A stretch of DNA of 64,000 nucleotides from positions 86,135-150,134 of the forward strand of contig JAXMOL010000012.1 in the NCBI GenBank assembly GCA_034669905.1, read 5' to 3'. This document shows, one piece after another, positions 58,665 to 64,000 of this stretch. The stretch's first letter is position 1. Each line of letters begins with the position of its first letter. This DNA is from Candidatus Hydrogenedentota bacterium. Lineage in GTDB: Bacteria > Hydrogenedentota > Hydrogenedentia > Hydrogenedentales > JAEUWI01. The notes under the pieces are model-generated. The model saw nothing but the letters and a program-made list of their open reading frames with translations. It was not told the DNA's origin and made no database searches. Made by a program: the position numbers and the translations under genes.

Positions 58665-58693
58665 TTGACGGGGTTCTCGATCGACTGTACACT
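58665..58693 (+). promoter_or_regulatory. Putative sigma70 promoter of the large surface-protein gene
   Basis: TTGACG-17 nt-TACACT, implying a leader of about 115 nt. Confidence 0.55.
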
Positions 58694-58814
58694 TTATCTG
58701 GTGTGTTCATACGGAAATGGGCAAGGCTGATCAGCGCGGGCGGGGCGATAATAAGCCACGGGTCTGCAGGGATTCGGCCGTTCGACTTGGTGCAAAAGAG
58801 GAGGCACGTACGCG

Positions 58815-61800
58815 ATGTACTTTCCAGGTGGGGCCTTATTTGTTCGACCAAACTACCCGATTACACTTCTTTTTTTCACGGTGCTTTCTGGTCTTCTGTT
58901 GGGGGAAGCAGTCGCCGTTGAGTTTGCGCAGCCCCAGTTGCGTGCGGAGTTTATAACGGCCCGGGAAAATCGCTTCAACGGGGATGCCTCCGGCACGGTG
59001 GGTCCCAACCACGTGGTAACGGTGGAAGAGCAGTTTACCCGGCTGAAGGTGTTTTCGAAGCAGGGGGAAGAGGTGCCCGGAAAGTTCCTGGGCATGTGGC
59101 CAACAGAGAGCGGAATGGGATTTCAGGTGGGTCGCGATGCCCGTGTGGCCTACGACCCCCACGATGATCGCTACATCGTGGCCGCCCGACCGGACACGAG
59201 CGGTAAGGTACTCTTTGCTATCAGCGCGACCGGAGAGCCATCCGGGGAATGGCATGCCTATCAGATTCAAGGGGAAGACGGGTTTCTGTTGGAGACCCTT
59301 ATTGGCTTTACCGACAAATGGATTGCCCTATCGTGTGTGTTTCAGGGGGCCTATAATCCCTTGCGGGGACATGCCGATTTTGATACCCGGATATACCTCA
59401 TCGACAAATCATCTATCCTCAATGGCGGCGCGATGATTCAATCGACGATCAATGTCAACGCGCAAGCGGGCTTGTTCGAGTATATCTGTCCCTTGCTGGC
59501 GCCCTGCAAATCGTACGACGATGACCAGGACCGCATGTATTTCGTCGCGCGGGACGACAATCGCACAACCCCGGGGAACGCTGGGCGGCTGCGAATTTTT
59601 TACGTCGAAGGCCCCGTGGCGGCACCGACCTTCGTCAAGACCAATGGGTATCCGACCGGAGCGCCGTGGGTTCAGGACGACAGCGCGCCGCGACCGGGGA
59701 CCTTGCCACCGGCCCGTCAGCGGGGTGTGAACGAACTGGGTAGCTTCAACAATGAACGTTTATTGGGGCCACTGTGGAATGATTGGATACGGGATGCGGT
59801 TCTCATCGACAATCGAATATGGTGTACCCATACGGTAGCGCGCTTTCTCCCTCACATCAGTCCCTTCAACGAAAACCGCGTTGCGGTACGTTGGTGGGAA
59901 ATCGAGCCTGTCAGTGGCGTCGCGTTGCAGAGTGGGGAAATCGTAGATACCGACGTGACCGCCGAATTTCCCTTTCATTTCTATGGCCCCTCCATCGCCG
60001 TGAACCATGACCGCGATGTCATGGTGGGCTTCAATGGATCTGCCGGGAATAAGGCGGTACGCGGCTACTATGCGTACCGGACCAACGAAACGCCGCCGGG
60101 AGAGATGGATTTCATCGCCGACGAGTTCTTCGGCTTTTCTCCCGTAGTGGGCAACTGGGGCCTCCTGTCCTCTACGGTCTTTGACCCGTCGGACCCGGAG
60201 TCATTCTGGCATTTCAACTCCACACCCGCTGGCAACACCGATGCCGACTACCTGACCCAGTGGATTTGGCTGAAGTACAACCCAGGTCCGGTCTATGTAA
60301 ATCTGGAGCGCTCCACGGTCTACCTGTCGGAGTCCGCCGGCAATTCGGTGGATGTGGCCCTGACGCTGAGCGATACATCGAATGAGTTGCAAAACGTGAT
60401 CGTCCGCGCGGAGGATATCTCCGCCACCCTGGGAGAAGATTATCGGCTCCTCTACCGCGACATGGAAGAGACCGATGGTAGTGCAACCGTGCAGTTTTCA
60501 CGTCATGAGTTGCGCAAGACGGTGACCCTCGAAGTCATCGATGATGCGCTCAGTGAGAGTCTGGACACGCTGGAGCAGGCGACCCTGATCATGACCCCCG
60601 CTTCGAGCAGCAGCGTGGAAGCGGGAGAGCATAGGGAGGCCAATATCGTTATCAGCGACAATGACGCCTTTCCGGGGATCGGCTTTGAGCGGCCGGAGGA
60701 ATTGATATCGGAGGTCAACGTCAACCGGCCCGTTTTTGTCTACCTGGATGACTTTTCCGGGCGCCCCTATGAGATTTCGGTCGATTTCGATGTGGTGGGT
60801 GGGACGGCATTGACCGACGTGGACTATCACATCGAAGTGGATGGCACGACCATTACCGGGGGTAGTGGTACCCTGACGTTTGCTCCCTTCCAGGCTTCGA
60901 AGGCCATTCGTATCGTCACGGAGGATGACTTCATACTGGAAGACGATGAAACCATCCTGCTCCAGCTGTCCAACCCGGTGAACGCACAAGACTTTATATT
61001 CCCCGAACAGTTCAATTTCGTGGGTACGATTTTAGATGATGATGTGGGCAACGTGCCCGCCGTCGGCTTTCAGGCCTTGAGCAGCAGCGTGGCCGAAAGC
61101 GGTGGCACCGTGCAGGTCCCTGTGTCCCTCTCGTTGGCACCGGCGAGTCAGGCCAGCGTGGATTACCGGGTCTTCAACGGCAGTGCGTCCGGTGCAGATT
61201 TCACGGCGAACGGCGGCAATATCGGGACCCTGGTTTTCAACGCAGGGCAGCTTACGCAGAATCTTTCCTTTACGATCAACAATGATGCCTTCGTCGAAGG
61301 AAACGAATACCTGGTTATTCAATTGCTCAATCCGACCTTTGCCCGGGAAGGGACCCAGCTCAATCACTTTCTGGTGATTGAAGATGACGATGTGGCGAGC
61401 GAAATATACGTTACCCTCGAGCCTGCGAATCAACAACGCATAGACGAGGGCGACAATTTCGCCTTGCTGAAATACGTACTGGATGCACCGGCTCCCGAAG
61501 CCTTCACCGTGAATATCACTGTGCTGGGCTCAAGTACGGCCACCGGCGGGAACGTGGACTTCAACCTGGGGACGATCGCCATCAATTTCTTTGAGGGCGA
61601 TACCTTCAGCACGGCTGTATTGGGCATTACCGATGATGATATTGAGGAAGATCTGGAGCGGATTGACCTCCAGCTGAGTTCTTCCAACAGCAACGTCCGA
61701 TTCGTGCCCCGAAATGGTGCGTACGACAGCTTCTTCCTGCTGGATAACGACCGGCCGCGGAGTGTGCGTTTTAACAGTGGGGGAGCGGCCGTCCTGGAAG

Positions 61801-64000
61801 GCAACGGAACGGCCCGCATGACCCTGCGCCTCTCCGAGGCCACGGGTGATGATGTGACGGTAAACTACGCCGTTGTGGGTGGGACCGCTACCGCGGAAGA
61901 AGATTATCGCCTTTTGGAGAGTTCGCTGACCTTTTATCCCGGTGAAACGCTGAAGAGCTTTGAGGTGGATCTGGTCGACGATGCCATCTTTGAAGATGGC
62001 GAGACCGTCTTCCTGGAAATCACAGCGGCCACGAGCAACGCCTTCGTAGGCGACTTCGACGGGGACATCGAGACGGCGACCCTGACCATCGTCAACGATG
62101 ACGACTCACCCAATCCCACGGTCCAGTTTGAGGCCACCGTATCGGAAGCCGACGAAGGGGATACGGGGAATAAATCCACGACTTACCTCGTGCCCGTCGT
62201 GCTTTCGGAAGCGACCACGGGCAGCGTGTCCGTTGGCTTTGACGTGGGGGGCGGCACGGCAGTGGAAGGCATCGATTATGCGCTGCCAACGAGCCGGATT
62301 CTCAACTTCGATGCGGGGACCACCACCCAGCATCTTGAAGTCACCCTGCTCGGAAACACCATCCCGGACGGTGCCCGGTCCCTGGAGTTGCGGCTGACCA
62401 CTGTCGTCAACGGCATTCGAGGCGCGAACTCACGGCACACGATTACCATCAACGATGATGATATGGTGACAGAAGTGGCCTTTGACGCCACGAACTCCAG
62501 TGTGGGTGAAACCGAGGGCATGGCACGGGTACCTGTTCGCCTCAATGGCCCCACTACGTTGGAGGTTTCGGTGGACTTTGCCACGAGTCTCGGAACGGCG
62601 TCTCAGGATGATGTGACGGAGACCTCCGGAACCCTGACGTTTGCCCCGGGCGTGTTGTCTCAATCGGTGAGCATTCCGCTGGTGAACGACGATGATGTCG
62701 AAACGGATGAGACCTTCCTGTTGACCCTTTCATCGCCATCCAATGCGAGCCTGGGCGCAAATTCCGTTCATACGGTGACCATTCAGGACGATGACAGTAG
62801 CCGCGAATTGAGTTTTGCCCCGGAACTCGCTTCCTATTCGATACCGGAATCCATGGGTCTGGCTACGGTCGACGTGCTCTTGTCGTCGCCCGCAAACAGC
62901 ATGGTAACGGTGGATTATGTCGTGAGCGGCACCGCATCAGCGGGCGTGGACTACCTGCTGGAAGCTGGTTCCCTCACCCTTCCTGCTGGTGCCGTAAGTG
63001 GGGCTATCAGCCTGGAAATCATTAATGACGAGGATCGGGAGTTTCCGGAAAGTATTACGATTACGCTGAGCAATGCTACCGGCGCGGCCCTGGGTGCTCT
63101 GGCAGAGGCCAATCTGGTCATCGCCGATGATGATGGGGATGTGATCGCCTGCGCCGATGCGTGCGTGGAAAGTTGTACGGCGACGCCCCTCGTGGTGGGC
63201 TTCGAATCCGCGCTTCGGGCGGTATATCTGGACTCCGGCCTGGACCCCGACACGGTGGACCGCGACGGGAACGGATTCCTGGACGTGGCCCAGGCGCGGT
63301 TGTTGGATGCCACGCTCGCCGACCCGTCCTCCCTCGGATTCTGTTGTGTAAAGAATGCCTGGGAATTTAATGCGGCACTCGTCGATACCAGTTTGATGGG
63401 CACGTCCTCGGACAATGACTTTAAAATCGTTATGACGGGGATGTTGACCACCGGAGAGCCCGGGTATGTGAACGTGCTCGCGGAGTTGTTGCCCGCGTCG
63501 CTCGAATCCTTCATCCCCGATGCGTTCAATCTGGAGGCGGCGATTTATCTATCGGCTATTGGTGATGCGGATGGCGATGGAGCCTGCAATGTCGGTGAAT
63601 ACGACGCGGTGGTTCTCGTCAACGGGAATACGGTAGACGACTTCGTAGATGCCGCACTGGACGAGACCGCCCTCGAGGCGAGCGATTTGTGTCCTGTCTG
63701 TATAGACGGTGGCGAAGGCGAAGGCGAAGGCGAGGGCGAGGGCGAGGGCGAGGGCGAGGGCGAGGGCGAGGGCGAGGGCGAGGGCGAGGGCGAGGGCGAG
63801 GGTGAAGGAGAAGGAGAAGGAGAAGGAGAAGGAGAAGGAGAAGGTGAAGGTGAAGGTGAAGGTGAAGGTGAAGGTGAAGGTGAAGGTGAGGGTGAGGGTG
63901 AGGGTGAAGGTGAAGGCGAAGGTGAAGGTGAAGGTGAAGGTGAAGGTGAAGGTGAAGGTGAAGGCGAAGGTGAAGGTGAAGGTGAAGGTGAAGGTGAAGG
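58815..64000 (+). CDS. Large secreted Calx-beta repeat surface protein (>1700 aa, 3'-truncated; absent from the ORF track)
   Basis: GAGGAGG RBS and ATG at 58815; MYFPGG...LLLGEAVA signal peptide; GTVGPNHVV N-domain; about 8 Calx-beta units ending in (T/V)I.D(D/N)D-like motifs; DxDGxG loops. The same frame reaches CPVCIDG(GE)n, and the ORF track lists no terminated ORF in this frame. Confidence 0.9.
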   Translation, partial: MYFPGGALFVRPNYPITLLFFTVLSGLLLGEAVAVEFAQPQLRAEFITARENRFNGDASGTVGPNHVVTVEEQFTRLKVFSKQGEEVPGKFLGMWPTESGMGFQVGRDARVAYDPHDDRYIVAARPDTSGKVLFAISATGEPSGEWHAYQIQGEDGFLLETLIGFTDKWIALSCVFQGAYNPLRGHADFDTRIYLIDKSSILNGGAMIQSTINVNAQAGLFEYICPLLAPCKSYDDDQDRMYFVARDDNRTTPGNAGRLRIFYVEGPVAAPTFVKTNGYPTGAPWVQDDSAPRPGTLPPARQRGVNELGSFNNERLLGPLWNDWIRDAVLIDNRIWCTHTVARFLPHISPFNENRVAVRWWEIEPVSGVALQSGEIVDTDVTAEFPFHFYGPSIAVNHDRDVMVGFNGSAGNKAVRGYYAYRTNETPPGEMDFIADEFFGFSPVVGNWGLLSSTVFDPSDPESFWHFNSTPAGNTDADYLTQWIWLKYNPGPVYVNLERSTVYLSESAGNSVDVALTLSDTSNELQNVIVRAEDISATLGEDYRLLYRDMEETDGSATVQFSRHELRKTVTLEVIDDALSESLDTLEQATLIMTPASSSSVEAGEHREANIVISDNDAFPGIGFERPEELISEVNVNRPVFVYLDDFSGRPYEISVDFDVVGGTALTDVDYHIEVDGTTITGGSGTLTFAPFQASKAIRIVTEDDFILEDDETILLQLSNPVNAQDFIFPEQFNFVGTILDDDVGNVPAVGFQALSSSVAESGGTVQVPVSLSLAPASQASVDYRVFNGSASGADFTANGGNIGTLVFNAGQLTQNLSFTINNDAFVEGNEYLVIQLLNPTFAREGTQLNHFLVIEDDDVASEIYVTLEPANQQRIDEGDNFALLKYVLDAPAPEAFTVNITVLGSSTATGGNVDFNLGTIAINFFEGDTFSTAVLGITDDDIEEDLERIDLQLSSSNSNVRFVPRNGAYDSFFLLDNDRPRSVRFNSGGAAVLEGNGTARMTLRLSEATGDDVTVNYAVVGGTATAEEDYRLLESSLTFYPGETLKSFEVDLVDDAIFEDGETVFLEITAATSNAFVGDFDGDIETATLTIVNDDDSPNPTVQFEATVSEADEGDTGNKSTTYLVPVVLSEATTGSVSVGFDVGGGTAVEGIDYALPTSRILNFDAGTTTQHLEVTLLGNTIPDGARSLELRLTTVVNGIRGANSRHTITINDDDMVTEVAFDATNSSVGETEGMARVPVRLNGPTTLEVSVDFATSLGTASQDDVTETSGTLTFAPGVLSQSVSIPLVNDDDVETDETFLLTLSSPSNASLGANSVHTVTIQDDDSSRELSFAPELASYSIPESMGLATVDVLLSSPANSMVTVDYVVSGTASAGVDYLLEAGSLTLPAGAVSGAISLEIINDEDREFPESITITLSNATGAALGALAEANLVIADDDGDVIACADACVESCTATPLVVGFESALRAVYLDSGLDPDTVDRDGNGFLDVAQARLLDATLADPSSLGFCCVKNAWEFNAALVDTSLMGTSSDNDFKIVMTGMLTTGEPGYVNVLAELLPASLESFIPDAFNLEAAIYLSAIGDADGDGACNVGEYDAVVLVNGNTVDDFVDAALDETALEASDLCPVCIDGGEGEGEGEGEGEGEGEGEGEGEGEGEGEGEGEGEGEGEGEGEGEGEGEGEGEGEGEGEGEGEGEGEGEGEGEGEGEGEGEGEGEGEGEGEGEGEGE
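63711..64000 (+). repeat. Coding hexanucleotide tandem repeat GGNGAR encoding (Gly-Glu)48+
   Basis: 48 complete units between 63711 and 63998, continuing past the window edge. Confidence 0.97.

Noticed and set aside
58836..63529. Many short ORFs listed on both strands
   Set aside because: All lie inside the single long plus-strand frame starting at 58815, which the track omitted because it has no stop in the window.
1..64000. tRNA, rRNA, transposase or known defence-system genes
   Set aside because: None recognised by eye; tRNAscan-SE, Infernal and DefenseFinder runs would be needed to exclude them formally.

Overview
High-GC bacterial chromosomal window. It most likely comes from Candidatus Hydrogenedentes, inferred from the (Gly-Glu)n linker in a Calx-beta surface protein and the lineage-style DUF1559 prepilin-like protein. 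I can support 39 CDSs and saw no rRNA, tRNA, CRISPR array, transposase, integrase or reverse transcriptase. Main blocks: (1) two convergent pairs of paralogous polytopic GT-C-like membrane proteins (1-4.9 kb); (2) a GGQ release-factor homologue, a Tat-exported Gfo/Idh/MocA oxidoreductase and an MFS transporter; (3) a Zn-ribbon/Ser-Thr kinase/TPR/WD40 protein converging on a STAND-TPR protein whose Walker A lacks its lysine; (4) an Fe(III)-type ABC binding protein and permease with no ATPase; (5) an SGNH protein plus a PVC-type heme-c dehydrogenase; (6) lipid and amide enzymes, purU, rlmD and a thermonuclease; (7) a tightly coupled 8-gene MoxR/VWA/DUF58/DUF4159 operon (40.6-55.1 kb) bounded by a TPR-gluzincin gene and a caspase-fold gene; (8) a >1700-aa Calx-beta surface protein missing from the ORF track, which runs off the window in a (GE)48+ tract. 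Several intergenic regions are mosaics of nested palindromic repeats. These include a dispersed CGTGCCGCGCGATC family, a candidate MITE, and a ~270-bp tandem duplication of an SDR gene 3' end whose copies differ by five substitutions (all A in copy 1) and one 3-nt indel. All family calls come from motif recognition by eye; no database searches were run.
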